This document shows positions 49,466-61,691 of a DNA stretch of 64,000 nucleotides, piece by piece (within the stretch, counting starts at the first letter, position 1; the number at the start of each line of letters is the position of its first letter). The position numbers and the translations under genes were made by a program. The notes under the pieces were generated by a model that saw only the letters and a list, made by a program, of their open reading frames with translations, made no database searches and was not told the origin of the DNA. The DNA comes from Macrostomum lignano (Eukaryota): contig NIVC01001829.1 in assembly GCA_002269645.1 (NCBI GenBank), forward strand, positions 62,001 to 126,000. The letters run 5' to 3'.

Positions 49466-49901
49466 TGGGATGAGTGCAGGGGATAAAAATACTTTCTTAT
49501 CTGTGTTGTGTAATAAATAACGCAATTTATTAGCTTATTGACACAACAGTCTAGGAGTACACTGCACTAGGAGCCAGATAGACAACGTCATCATTGCAGA
49601 GCACCCGGTGCGACTTAAAGAAAATATTCGCCGGGTTTGTTTCTCACGTCACGTAGGATTCAACAGAACGTGGATTGTCAGCATCTGTCAGCAGAAGGTC
49701 GCGTACAGGCACACTTGGCTAATATCCATCAGCGCCTGACTGAGCAAGTTGGCTTTTTTCAACGATAGAATCGCAATGCCTTTAGCATCCTGGTCGAGAC
49801 TCGGAATGCCAAATTTAAAACCAGATGCCAGATGGAATCAATATAAAAGTTTAAAATCATTAAAATACCAGCATAAACTTAATATTTACACTCTCTGATC
49901 C

Positions 49902-49975
49902 TCAGTTGTAGCCAAGTGGTCAGAGCGTCAGAGTCAAGAAGACTTAAAACGTCGGAGGTTCGATTCTTGACTCAA
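49902..49975 (+). other. tRNA-derived SINE head or tRNA pseudogene
   Basis: A box TAGCCAAGTGG and B box GGTTCGATTCT at tRNA-like spacing; stems do not pair well. Confidence 0.45.
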
Positions 49976-50786
49976 TAAATCAATACAGAAATAAAGATTC
50001 ATACATGCAAAATAAAATATTGTTTTGCAACTTAGATAACCAAGCAATATGATTCACAGCAAAAAAAACAAAGATAAAATTTATTAAAATGTTAAAATGC
50101 CTCTGGTATTCTCATTCCTCCTAGCAATTTCCAAATAGTCGCCCAAGCAGTCAATCTTCTAAATTGGACTACGTGGGCTCACCTCAAGGCAAAGAGAATG
50201 AAAAGTAAACAATGCGTCGTCTAGGAAACAATAATTAATTCGCATTTAAAGTCCCACTCTCTGAGTCACAAACTCAGGCGTTAGAAGAAGGACGCTTGCA
50301 ACAAAGCTGTGTTGGGAGAGAAAACCAAGCCATAAGCCCCACAAATTAATTCTTTGCATAATTGATGCCTGTCGCAAACAGGTCCAAGGCCATTTTGCCC
50401 AATATGAAGGAGAGCTGGAAGGAGAGAATTCTACTCAAGACTACAGCAGGGTCTCAACTGCCGCAGCAAAGTACGAAATTTAGCGACGAATCAATTGACT
50501 GAGACTGACGGAGGTTTGCAGCTTTTAAAGAAATTCATCTGAATTTGAGCAACGTACAGGGCAGAAACCTAGCAACGGACGCAGGGCAGGAAGGCAGCAG
50601 GGCAGAAAATTTCAGGCAATTTTCCTGAAAAGCTGTTGTTCCCCACCAGGCTGACAGCCCTTGCTAACAATTTTAGTGTTTATTGGACGTAAATAGAAAG
50701 ACACAACGGAGAAGTATTTACCGAAGAAACACACTTCTTAAAATTTTGACAGTAGTAACTTAACCACTTAGTGAGTCAGTCTAAAA

Positions 50787-52502
50787 ATGCTTCAAATCGT
50801 TGATGCTATGACGTCCACAACAGCGCACGGACTGCCAAGGATTGTAAGTGGCAAACCACTCACTGTGCGACTGGCTTGGCTCTCTGTGCTGCTGCTAATG
50901 ACGGGTCTATTCTTCAAAGGATTCTACGACTTCGTTGTCAAGCTGCAGACTCGTCAGGTGACCAGCTCGGTCGATGGAAACAGCCTCAACTTCCAGTTCC
51001 CGGATGTGTACGCTTGCTACGAGAACCCGATCTCCGGAAGCTACTCTGCGACTGTGGATGAGGCATCGGCTGCTGCAATCAATGCTCAGCTCAATGATTC
51101 GCAAGTTGTAATGAGACGAGAGCTTTCAATGCTTGGGTACGTCGGCAACGCATTTATGGGAGCAGAGATGTTGTTCTCGCTTGCCCATCCTCAGTCTATA
51201 TCTTATAGAATCTTGATAGACGCTCTGGCTCACCGAAACGAACAGAATATCATCACAAGCGATGTCGCTTATAACACCGACTACGGAATGCCCGAATATG
51301 CGCCCCTCGAAGCGCAGATCTTCTACCATCCGATGTACTTGCGCTGTCTCAAGTGGACTCTGAACAGCACGTGGCAACAAAAGATCGTACAGACCGGCTC
51401 ATCATCCGGCATTGTGGTCACCTTGGTTACGGACTCGGCGTTTCAAGGACTCGCATCGAGCGGACACTCGATCCAAAAGATGGTGTACGCAAGACGAACT
51501 CCCATTCCTGTGTCCGACTGGTCGCTCAATGTCGCCGACTACAACGGACCCGACAGACAAGCAGGTGTGAAAGTGTTCCTCACGCCTCCAGGTGAGTATC
51601 CGTCCGATTTCGTGAGCTCGTTCTCGCTGGGACCCGGAAAATTCCACACCGTCGAGATCGACATGACGCAGCAGGTGTACAAGGCTGGTCAGTTCGACTG
51701 TCTGAGCGACCCGCCGGACGTTCAGTTCGTGAACCCGTACGACGAGACTCCATACCGGCACTCGTACAGCTACTCGTACTGCTTCTACTACGAGTTCCAC
51801 CGACAGAACCAAGAACTCGTCAACATGTCAGGTATAATTGGACCGCTTCCTTGGCCTCTTCGTGGGAAGAAGTTTGTAATGAATCTTACTGATGACCCAA
51901 ACTTCTTTATCTACTTTCGTGATCCATCGCTTCAAATCAAAAGTGGAAAAATCGACCAGAATACAAAGGCTGTGTGCAAAGCTAAGCGACCTTGCACCAC
52001 TCTGCAGTACAGCGCGACCATCTCCAGTTCCGACTGGCCCACTCAGAGCTCAATGATGCCGTTCGTCAGCAGCTCCATCAAGCCTGTTTGGATGAGGGCC
52101 AAGTCTAAGAATCTGAGTGTTCCGGCTCTCGACCTCGTCGTGAACGGAAACGAGTCGATCGTGTCATCATACATCCGCAGCAACATGCTCAAAGTACACT
52201 TCAAGCCGCATCGAGTTCTGTGCGATCGCATGAACTTCTCGATCGACTACGGTTTGCAGGACTTCATCTCGGACGTCGGCGGCATCATGGGCATCTACCT
52301 GGGAATGTCTCTGCTCACCCTGTGCGAGCTGTTTGAGCTCATCTTCGACATCGCCTCCTTTGGCAGGAAGAAAGCAAGAGCTTCCAGCTCCAAGCAGGCG
52401 GCTGTGTCTCCAAAGAAGTTCAAAGTCAGCGAAGAGAGTCACTTGCCGCCGAAACAGTCTACAAAGCGCCTCAGCATCAGCAGCATCTCAAGCTTGCCTT
52501 GA
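50787..52502 (+). CDS. DEG/ENaC (amiloride-sensitive sodium channel family) subunit, copy 1, intronless, 571 aa
   Basis: STxHG motif, TM1, FPxVxxC, GVKVFL, YSxxxC, DFISDVGGIMGIYLGMSLLTLCE (TM2 with GxS filter). Confidence 0.93.
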   Translation: MLQIVDAMTSTTAHGLPRIVSGKPLTVRLAWLSVLLLMTGLFFKGFYDFVVKLQTRQVTSSVDGNSLNFQFPDVYACYENPISGSYSATVDEASAAAINAQLNDSQVVMRRELSMLGYVGNAFMGAEMLFSLAHPQSISYRILIDALAHRNEQNIITSDVAYNTDYGMPEYAPLEAQIFYHPMYLRCLKWTLNSTWQQKIVQTGSSSGIVVTLVTDSAFQGLASSGHSIQKMVYARRTPIPVSDWSLNVADYNGPDRQAGVKVFLTPPGEYPSDFVSSFSLGPGKFHTVEIDMTQQVYKAGQFDCLSDPPDVQFVNPYDETPYRHSYSYSYCFYYEFHRQNQELVNMSGIIGPLPWPLRGKKFVMNLTDDPNFFIYFRDPSLQIKSGKIDQNTKAVCKAKRPCTTLQYSATISSSDWPTQSSMMPFVSSSIKPVWMRAKSKNLSVPALDLVVNGNESIVSSYIRSNMLKVHFKPHRVLCDRMNFSIDYGLQDFISDVGGIMGIYLGMSLLTLCELFELIFDIASFGRKKARASSSKQAAVSPKKFKVSEESHLPPKQSTKRLSISSISSLP

Positions 52503-52749
52503 ATACCCTTTTCTGTTGAGATTCTGACTAAGCGCTAAAAATATCCAACGACAGCTTAACAAACTAACGTGTTTTCTAGTAGAATAGCTATATGGTCATT
52601 TCTCGAATGCCACGTAAGCAAGATAAAAAAGTTAACAGGACTTAATATTTATTTCTGTAATAAACTTTTCGTTTTGATGGCTGTCTTTGCGTACCGTTTT
52701 TTCGAATTTCTCAATGTTTTTTTTCACAACAATGTTGTTTGAACCATCA

Positions 52750-54913
52750 TGTAACCGCCCTTTATGACCGTCTGCTCAGCGGGGAGGAGAGCAACTGACC
52801 ATAGGGGGGCAATGACCGTAGGCTGCCGATGACCTGGCAATGGCCTGACGGACCTCCAGCACCAGACTGTCCCGCCCAAATGATTGATAGCTTTGGTAGC
52901 GCTTTCGTGACCAGAGGGCCAAGGACCCACATGGACTCCGCCTGTAGCCAAGGTGCGTAAATTGGTCACTCGGCCATGGTATGACCGAGTGGCTGCCACC
53001 ACTCTATATGACCTGGCGCACCTGGATCTTGACCAGACCTTTCGAGGCTAGAGCCCCGCCTGGATTGATAACCAGGGGATTTGGGCTAACAGGGGAGACG
53101 CACGCAGCCGAGTTTTCAGACTCTGCTTTGTGCTCAATTAGGAACTCTGGGATCACTCTGGAGGATTTCTCAGCAGGGGGTCCTTTGTGGCTGTGATTGA
53201 GGCGGACTTGCGGCTACAATTACTAAGAGTAGTGTGAGTTGAACATGTGCTAGCTATAGTTTAAATTGCTCAGGGCGAAGGGACACGTAAGCAAGGTGTT
53301 GCAACCTTCCTGCTGCCATTCTGTGCCATAACCCACTACTTCCCTCTACTGCACGCACACACACGGACCCGCCACACGCACACACAGGCGCGCTTTGCAC
53401 GGGGAGAGGTCATTAGCTTACCCAAACTTCCCCATGCTTTGCCACCCAAGGAGTAAGGCGTATGATGGGAGTATGATGGGTTTAGTAATGGTTAATAATT
53501 AGGCCCGCAGGCGAAATACACAGGCAATTAGGCGGCTTCACTATATTGAATAAATTCAGCAAAAATACGGTATACAATTGGCTCAGCTCTCTAATCAAGC
53601 AATGGCAAACAAGCAAACCCAGGATAAGCAAAGGCAATTAGAGCACGAATTAGTACAGGAACTTACCGGCGGCTGCACAGAGAGAGAGCGATGGAGTGAC
53701 CGAGGTCGGCTGTAGACTGCGGACAGGCAGGTAGCGAAGCGGCGATGCGCCGAAGCGACGAGGCGCAGATGTAGCTCAGACGGTGCTGAGGATGCTGGGC
53801 GGTGTCAGACCGCGGGCCAGTAGATGAGCTCGCTTGGGGAGCTTAGGGAACTTGGTGGTATCAGACCGCGGGCCGGCAGAGCGTCGGCCTATAGACGAAT
53901 GGTGAGGGTCAGATCAATGTCTGACAGCAAGTCCAAAGAAGGACCACTTCGGAGACGAGACACAAGGGTAAAGCCTTCTGAGGATTCTCACGCCGAAAAT
54001 CACTTCCTTAAATAGTCCTCACGGCCGCCGCTCCAAGGTCGTTTCCATGACTCCCTCTCTCTGATTGGCTGCCAGGAAAATGACGTCAGAATGAGTCATG
54101 ATGAGAAGCATGAGAACGGCATAGCAACATGAGAAATTGGAAAATTGCGCAATCCGGAGGAGGGGTGGGTGATAATGAGCACAGCGGGGGGTCGAAGAAG
54201 TGTTGCGCAAGCAAACATTGAGAACAATGGACTCAGGCCGAAAACAAAGGAAATGTAAATCGGGGATAATTGGGGAGAACCGAGAACAATAGAAAAGTAA
54301 ACATTGGAGAAAAGGTGCTAATTGGGTGCGAAAAAGAGAACAATAGAACGAGAAAATCTGGGAAAATGTGATAATTAGGTAGGAAAACGAGAACAAAATA
54401 ATCAAAAACGAGAACAATAGAAGCGGAGGTGGGGTGGGCGTCACATGAGAAATCTTGAGAAGAGAACAATAGCATGAGAAAAGGTTGCGCAAGAGGGGTG
54501 CTGAGTCATCGGGGCTAAGGAGGGGTCAGAAGCCTTGCGTCACCGTTTGGGATTCTAAAAGGGGATGGGGCGACGGTGAGCACAAGCAATACGGTAAGTA
54601 AGCACGGGATGAGAAGGGGACAGCGCAAGAAAAACATGCTAAAACAGGAGGAGAAAAGGTGAGAAAAACATGAGAAAAGGGGAGGGGCGCATGAGAAGTG
54701 GGGAGGCGGGCGAGGGGCACGTAGGGCTCCGGAAAGGCAAGTGTGGCTGAGTGGGAGACGGAACAGAGACAGCAGAGGCGCAGCAAGCGAGAGTCAGTCA
54801 GCCTGGTCAGGGACCCGGCCCAGTCTCGACAGCTCTGCCCAGTAGATGCACAGAGATCGGGGATGCTTCAAAAAAAATTCCCTCACGATCCCACGACCAG
54901 AGCGTGGTTACAT
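52750..54913 (-). mobile_element. Probable large solo LTR F (about 2.16 kb)
   Basis: TGTAAC..GTTTACA inverted ends; pyrimidine-rich minus strand like LTRs A and E; minus-strand TGGTGGCAGC at 53001-52992; only a 3-bp flanking repeat (TCA). Confidence 0.55.
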
Positions 54914-56097
54914 CATATTATTAGTATCTATGTACGAAGTACAAGAGAATGAACTCTCATGAGCGGTACGCGATGATGGTTACGCATGTTTTATTAGTAG
55001 ACACGGACATCCTTACATGTATCCATGGTAGATTAAGGCAAGAAGCCTCTAAACAGCAGTTTCAGTTAAAAAACAGACGCAGCCGGCAGTACGCTGGGGA
55101 TAAAGAAACAGCGTCACAGCGCCAGGGCACATCAGCAGGCAGCCGGTAAAACGCAGAGCGCATGCATGCGGTGGCGTCCCTGTCGAGCCAGCTTGCAGAA
55201 CGCTTAATCTGCACCGTCAAGCGCAGATGCCTTTGCAGGATGCACCAGGTCACTTAGACGAATGTTATAAGGTGTCGCGTTGGTGACATGCTCGCAGCAG
55301 TCAATGAGTCCTCGCGGCTGTCCATTCATGAAGCAACGCGTCCATCGAAAAGTAACGGATTTGATTTAACACACAGGTGATTTCTCAAGCCACACAGCGG
55401 ATGCTCAATGATTCAAAGACCGTCTGTGTCTGTACTCATGCAGCGCTAACATCTGAGCCAGAATAAGAACTTCATCTTGGCTCCAGTGACTAGGTGGCAA
55501 TAGAGACGACACCTTAATGACTGCATCGTCATACCCGCCAGCGCTGCAGGTGGATAGTTAATTCAATATGGTCTTCGTTATTTACTCAAGACTATTGGGA
55601 AAGCAGTCTTGGCGAAAGCTAGCACACATCTAATATTTTTACAAGAGTATTGCCTTACTAAAGAAACATAAACCAAAACTAACATCCCTCAGCTGTAGGG
55701 TTTGCAGAATTCTCTGCAACTGCTAAATTATAGATTACCGTTGCAAATCTTTATGCGCACGAATGCAAGCACACGGCTGATTGCCTAAGACCTAACAGCC
55801 GAGACTCGCTATAAAATGCTAGAGTTGGCAGATTCATAAGCCTGAGAATATTAGTGAAATTTCTCTCAGTGCGCTGCTTAATTAATTCAGAATACTGAGC
55901 TTTCCCACAGCTGCAGAAATTGAAGTACTTGCTGAAGCGAAACTCAAATTCCAGGAAGTATTGATTTTCATGTGAGTGGAGGAGGAGTGGCAAAAAAGGA
56001 ACAGAAGACTCAGAGTAAAAACGGTTCATAAATAGCAGTTACTCCCGGGAAGAGAGAATGCTTCGCATCAAACAATTAAAACCACGAAGAAACAAGG

Positions 56098-57810
56098 ATG
56101 CAGCAATTTAAGGAAGCCATGGCTTCAACATCAGTGCACGGACTGCCCAGAGTAGTGAGCAGCAAACCACTGGTTGTGCGAGGTTTCTGGTTTACAATGA
56201 TGCTGCTGATGTCGGGGCTTTTCTTCTATGGTTTCTACCGATTCGTTGTCAAGCTGCAGTCTCGGCAGGTCACCAGCTCACTCGATGGAAACAGTCTCAA
56301 CTTCCAGTTCCCGGATGTGTACACCTGTTTCGAGAACCCGATCTCTGGCAGCTACTCTGCTACTATTGATGAGGCATCGGCTGCTGCAATCAACGATCAG
56401 CTCAATAGCTCTCAAACCGTCCTACGGCGGGGATTGCAAATAAACGGATTAACAGAAACTACACCCCAAGAAATGAGGCTATCCCGTGCTTATCCTCAGT
56501 CAATATCATATCAGCTGTTGATTGATGCTCTGGCTCACCGAAACGAACAGAGCATCATCACGAGTGACTTCAAGTTTAAAACAGGTTATGGACTGGCCGA
56601 ATATGTGACCATCAAAGCGCAGACCTTCTACCATCCGATGTACTTGCGCTGTCTCAAGTGGACTCTGAACAGCACGTGGCAACAAAAGATCGTACAGACC
56701 GGCTCATCATCCGGCATTGTGGTCACCTTGGTTACGGACTCGGCGTTCCAAGGACTCGCATCGAGCGGACACTCGATCCGCAAGATGGTGTACGCAAGAC
56801 GAACTCCCATTCCTGTGTCCGACTGGTCGCTCAATGTCGCCGACTACAACGGACCCGACAGACAGGCAGGTGTGAAAGTGTTCCTCACGCCTCCAGGTGA
56901 GTATCCGTCCGACTTCGTGAGCTCGTTCTCGCTGGGACCCGGAAAGTCCCACACCGTCGAGATCGACATGACGCAGCAGGTGTACAAGGCTGGTCAGTTC
57001 GACTGTCTGAGCGACCCGCCGGACGTTCAGTTCGTGAACCCGTACGACGAGACTCCATACAAGCACTCGTACAGCTACTCGTACTGCTTCTACTACGAGT
57101 TCCACCGACAGATGCAGCAGCTCGTCAATCTGTCAAGCGATGCCGGTCCTCTTCCGTGGCCTCTGCGTGGAAAGAAGTTCGCACTTAACCTTACAGGTGA
57201 TCCAAACTTCTTGGTATTTTTTAGCGACCCATCTCTGGAACCTCTCACCAGTCAGATCGACGTAAAATCGAAAGAGACATGTAAAGCTAAACGACTTTGC
57301 AGCACACTGCAGTATAGCGCGACCATCTCCAGTTCCGACTGGCCCACTCAGAGCTCAATGATGCCGTTCGTCAGCAGCTCCATCAAGCCTGTTTGGATGA
57401 GGGCCAACTCTAAGAATCTGAGTGTTCCGGCTCTCGACCTCGTCGTGAACGGAAACGAGTCGATCGTGTCATCATACATCCGCAGCAACATGCTCAAAGT
57501 GCACTTCAAGCCGCATCGAGTTCTGTGCGATCGCATGAACTTCTCGATCGACTACGGTTTGCAGGACTTCATCTCGGACGTCGGCGGCATCATGGGCATC
57601 TACCTGGGAATGTCTCTGCTCACCCTGTGCGAGCTGTTTGAGCTCATCTTCGACATCGCCTTATTTGGCAGGAAGAAAGCAAGAGCGTCAAGCTCCAAGC
57701 AGGCATCTGTTTCTACAATCCAGCAGTTCAAAGTCAGCGAAGAGAGTCACTTGCCGCCGAAAGAGTCTACTAAGAGCCTCAGCATCAGCAGCATCTCAAG
57801 CGTGCCTTGA
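56098..57810 (+). CDS. DEG/ENaC subunit, copy 2, intronless, 570 aa
   Basis: Same motifs as copy 1; offset 5305 bp in the conserved blocks; 3' UTR also homologous. Confidence 0.93.
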   Translation: MQQFKEAMASTSVHGLPRVVSSKPLVVRGFWFTMMLLMSGLFFYGFYRFVVKLQSRQVTSSLDGNSLNFQFPDVYTCFENPISGSYSATIDEASAAAINDQLNSSQTVLRRGLQINGLTETTPQEMRLSRAYPQSISYQLLIDALAHRNEQSIITSDFKFKTGYGLAEYVTIKAQTFYHPMYLRCLKWTLNSTWQQKIVQTGSSSGIVVTLVTDSAFQGLASSGHSIRKMVYARRTPIPVSDWSLNVADYNGPDRQAGVKVFLTPPGEYPSDFVSSFSLGPGKSHTVEIDMTQQVYKAGQFDCLSDPPDVQFVNPYDETPYKHSYSYSYCFYYEFHRQMQQLVNLSSDAGPLPWPLRGKKFALNLTGDPNFLVFFSDPSLEPLTSQIDVKSKETCKAKRLCSTLQYSATISSSDWPTQSSMMPFVSSSIKPVWMRANSKNLSVPALDLVVNGNESIVSSYIRSNMLKVHFKPHRVLCDRMNFSIDYGLQDFISDVGGIMGIYLGMSLLTLCELFELIFDIALFGRKKARASSSKQASVSTIQQFKVSEESHLPPKESTKSLSISSISSVP

Positions 57811-58329
57811 ATTGTTCATTTTCCTGTTGAGATTCTGGCTAAGCGTTGAAATATCAAACGACAGGTTAACAACTTCACGCGTCTTAGCTCGTATTTAATG
57901 GACCTTGCGTGCGCGTAATCCCGTTGATTTACGTTCGAGTGACCATATCATTTGAGGCTACTTGATCAGGCAGAACTTAATGAGAGTAGTCTACCTGCAT
58001 GGTCAATTCTTGAATGGCAATTACTCTAGATCAAAAAAGTTAACAGTACGTAATATTTACTGCTGTAGTTAACTTCTTTGAAGTTATCTCGAATTTGCTT
58101 GTGCTTTTCTCTGTTTTTTTAGGTTGAAGAGTCAAATGTTGCAAATATCCAGATATTTTTTTCATAAAGTTCTCCAATTTTGATTAATACTATACTTGGA
58201 TTACTCGGAAATACTAATTAAAGCATACATAATCGTACATGTATAACTATTGTCCAATGATAGGTGACAGCATGGTACACCCTATTGTGTCGTCTGGGCC
58301 TACTGCAATGGATGTGTGAACTAGCTTTG

Positions 58330-58430
58330 GTGCAGGAATTCATCTCGGACGTCGGCGGCATCATGGAAATCTCATCTAACCCTGTGCGAGCTGTTCTAGC
58401 TCATTTTTGATGTAGCCTAGTATAGTTACA
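58330..58430 (+). pseudogene. DEG/ENaC TM2 fragment
   Basis: CAGGAATTCATCTCGGACGTCGGCGGCATCATG..ACCCTGTGCGAGCTGTT, with an internal deletion and a stop. Confidence 0.75.
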
Positions 58431-58780
58431 GCTAGGCCTTAACCTGCGACCTCAAACAGTCAGCAGCTGAGGTCAGCCAGGAGAATGAGTTCAAGCATCA
58501 GAAGCCTGCGTGCCATGATGGAATAATCCGAGGAGTGGTTGATTGTCGTACGCATGAAGGTTTTTGGAATCGAAGCTTATTACGCCTTGTGATAAAATCG
58601 CGAGTGCGCCGAGCAAAAATTGGACGTGGGATAGGAGAGAACAATCAAGGGAATAATTTGGCACTCAACCTTGCGAGCTGAAGCTTACATACGCTGGTAA
58701 TAGTTCCCAATTGTCCCTTTGCTTGTTCTGTCCTATTTCAGGTCCAATTTTTGTAACTTTTTTGCCAAATCCAGCTTCCT

Positions 58781-59467
58781 GGGACTAATTTTACGAAGCA
58801 CTTACCACTGGTAAATTACCAGCGAACCAGTGGTATTTTTCTATTTTTTACAAAACACTGATTTTTTACCACTAATCAACCATAGATAACCATAGACGAT
58901 TTTGTGTGGCAGAGGTGCCGAATCAAATTTTACGAAGCTTTTATCAGTCTACCACTGGTAAGAAATCGTAGATAAAATCAAGCAAATTTTAATCTACCCT
59001 CGAAGCAGGATAAATATCAAAATCATGGACCTTCTTCAACTGTGGAATACCAACGAAGAGCCTGTTCAACGAGAACATAGGGTATACATCCAGAGAGAAT
59101 TCTTTGAGGACGACAGAGACTTTGTTCAACGCTTCAGATTAAGTCACAGTGGCAAACCAAGAAAGCTAGTGAGCTCTTTCCTCTCAGAAATGGAGAAATA
59201 CGAAGCGAATTTTAAAAGATGATTTCTTGTCCCTTTCTACTTGTCGCGACTTTCGTTTTATTTGTCTATGGGCCAACTTCCAAATTTGGTTGCAAGCGAG
59301 CTTCAGTCCATTCACCAAATTTTACGCACTGGTTGGCTACTTATCAACCAAGCAACATCTTTTATCAGTGCTTCGTAAAATCGAAATTATCAGCACTGGG
59401 AACTGATAGGCTACCAGTGATTTTTTTACCACTGGTTATTAGCCAGTGGCTTCGTAAAATTGGTGTC
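58781..59467 (+). mobile_element. PIF/Harbinger internal-deletion derivative
   Basis: TIR core AATTTTACGAAGC / GCTTCGTAAAATT; subterminal CCACTGG repeats; transposase N-term relic RVYIQREFFEDDRDFVQRFRLS (59025-59150). Confidence 0.7.
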
Positions 59468-59872
59468 ACTGCGAGCAGCATGAAGTATAATTTGTGTACA
59501 TAACGGTAGGTTACTCGGGCTCCACTTTATGAGCTTAATTTGACAGGCCCTTTCAACCGTTTAAACATTCACTGAGCCGTGAATGATCAACTACGACGTA
59601 AGAGTAGAAGGAGAGACTGCGGCCTTGTCCACTGATGAATTGAGACAAGCGACATGGCGTCCAGAGAACCCACGGCTGTCCTGAAGAAAAACCGGGTAAA
59701 GTGTTCTATCTACTTTTAACTTGCTTTGTGCATTGACTTCAAATTTGCCGGCTTTGATTTACAAGACTGCTAAAAAGACTCCGCTTGTTCATAATTGATA
59801 TAGCTGAACTCCAAAATTTCTGTCTAAAGCTACCTGATCTACAATGCACTATTGTTCTATTCGGTTTTCAAG

Positions 59873-61020
59873 AATGTTCTCGCGGTTTCTAGAACCTTCT
59901 TCCAAACGGAGTTTTTTTAAAATATAGAAGGACCTTAAGAAACAAAATAATTGTCATCCGAAACAAGCACCTTCTGCCATTTTTTCAGGCAGAGACGTAG
60001 TGCCATCAGTGTAGAATTTCTCAGGTTTCGAGGCAAAAAAGTCGTTGAGCCGGTTATCCAGCGCTTTTTCATCAGCAAAAGGCGTTTTACTCGTCAAGGC
60101 GTTCATCAAAGCCAAGAGCAGATGGTAGTCGCTGGGCGCCAGTTGGGGGAATATTGACGACATATACAGCGGATGGCAGAATGTGTGCAACGCAGTGGTA
60201 AACTATGTGGAGAAGCCTCAGGAAAATGTTGATGACTCAATTTTAACTGTTCTTTCCTCAGCTTTCATGTAGCGGATGTTTTGCTGATTCGTTGAATGTT
60301 TCGTTGTTTCGTGCATCAGGTACAAAGCTTTGGTCAATGGCAATTTGAAGAAGTAGCGCAGGGGGTGGGGCAGAAAAGTGTTCATATCTCAAGAATGCCA
60401 GCAGATAGAGAAATAAATAGAAAGTCATTTTAACGGGCAGATAATTCTCTTTTCAGATGCTACAAACTAAATATTTCTGATCGGTCAGAAAAGGCTGTAG
60501 TGAATAAATTGCACCGACTTTTGGGACACCCCTCCCTCGTACACCTTGCCCAGTTGATGCAAGCGTGAGTGGTGATCGTTTGATGGTCTACCCCAAGGAC
60601 TTGCGCCAACACACGCGTGGTTTTTTGGGAGTCGGCCTCAATGAGTGCGCACAGGTAGATGGTCATCATCCACCTCAGAAGGACGCCCTGACCGGGGCAA
60701 ATCTTCGAGGCTGAAATCTCCCTGGCGAAACCGAGCAAACCAATCTTGCGCAGTGCATTCAGACACAGTACCAGCACCAAATGCACTGTTAATGCAGCGG
60801 TTCGATTCGGCTGCTTTGGTGCCAAATTTGAAGTCATATAGTAACAGACCACAAATATAGGGTCGAGAGAGATCCATGTAGTTGATCTGTCTTCGATAGC
60901 AACAATCATGAAAAGTAGTCTCTCGCACGCACCCACCCTCAATATATACCCACATAGTAAGCTTCTAGAATGTTCCAGAAAGTTCTAGGGGTAGAATTTT
61001 CTAGAAACCGCGAGAACATT
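59873..61020 (-). mobile_element. Mariner relic with internal deletion
   Basis: 22-bp inverted repeat AATGTTCTCGCGGTTTCTAGAA (59873-94 / 60999-61020); HTH region LLYDFKFG..WFARFRQGDFSLEDLPRSGRP and LAPSDYHL. Confidence 0.85.
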
Positions 61021-61079
61021 CCCGACAAGCGAAATCAATTTCTGTCTGAGAAAAATCGGGAAGTTAATTACATTGATAT

Positions 61080-61691
61080 GCACTTTCGCTGACATTAACA
61101 TGCCCGTTGTTTGCGGGCATCTACCTGAATTTTACTAGCGAGCCGAACCTTTCAATACTTTACAAAGTGACTTCTTACATGGCTTACATGCAGCAGTTTG
61201 CCGATGTAGCAATTATTAAACGTAAAACCAAGAAGCCTTGCAGCACACTGCAGTACAGCGCGACCATCTCCAGTTCCGACTGGCCCACTCAGAGCTCAAT
61301 GATGCCGTTCGTCAGCAGCTCCATCAAGCCTGTTTGGATGAGGGCCAACTCTAAGAATCTGAGTGTTCCGGCTCTCGACCTCGTCGTGAACGGAAACGAG
61401 TCGATCGTGTCATCATACATCCGCAGCAACATGCTCAAAGTGCACTTCAAGCCGCATCGAGTTCTGTGCGATCGGATGAACTTCTCGATCGACTACGGTT
61501 TGCAGGACTTCATCTCGGACGTCGGCGGCATCATGGGCATCTACCTGGGAATGTCTCTGCTCACCCTGTGCGAGCTGTTTGAGCTCATCTTCGACATCGC
61601 CTCCTTTGGCAGGAAGAAGACCAAAGTATCGAGCGCTCAGCAGTTGGGTGATTCGCAAGAACAAAGCAACGATAATCAGTGCACAGCATAG
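61080..61691 (+). pseudogene. DEG/ENaC copy 3, C-terminal part only, with a different thumb segment and tail
   Basis: Near-identical to copies 1 and 2 from PCSTLQYS to FGRKK; 5' part cut off at the mariner. Confidence 0.85.

Noticed and set aside
49902-49975. Functional tRNA gene
   Set aside because: Acceptor and T stems pair poorly and no clear anticodon arm.
59700-59870. Missing 5' part of DEG/ENaC copy 3 on the other side of the mariner
   Set aside because: Only faint resemblance with several stops; cannot be supported by eye.
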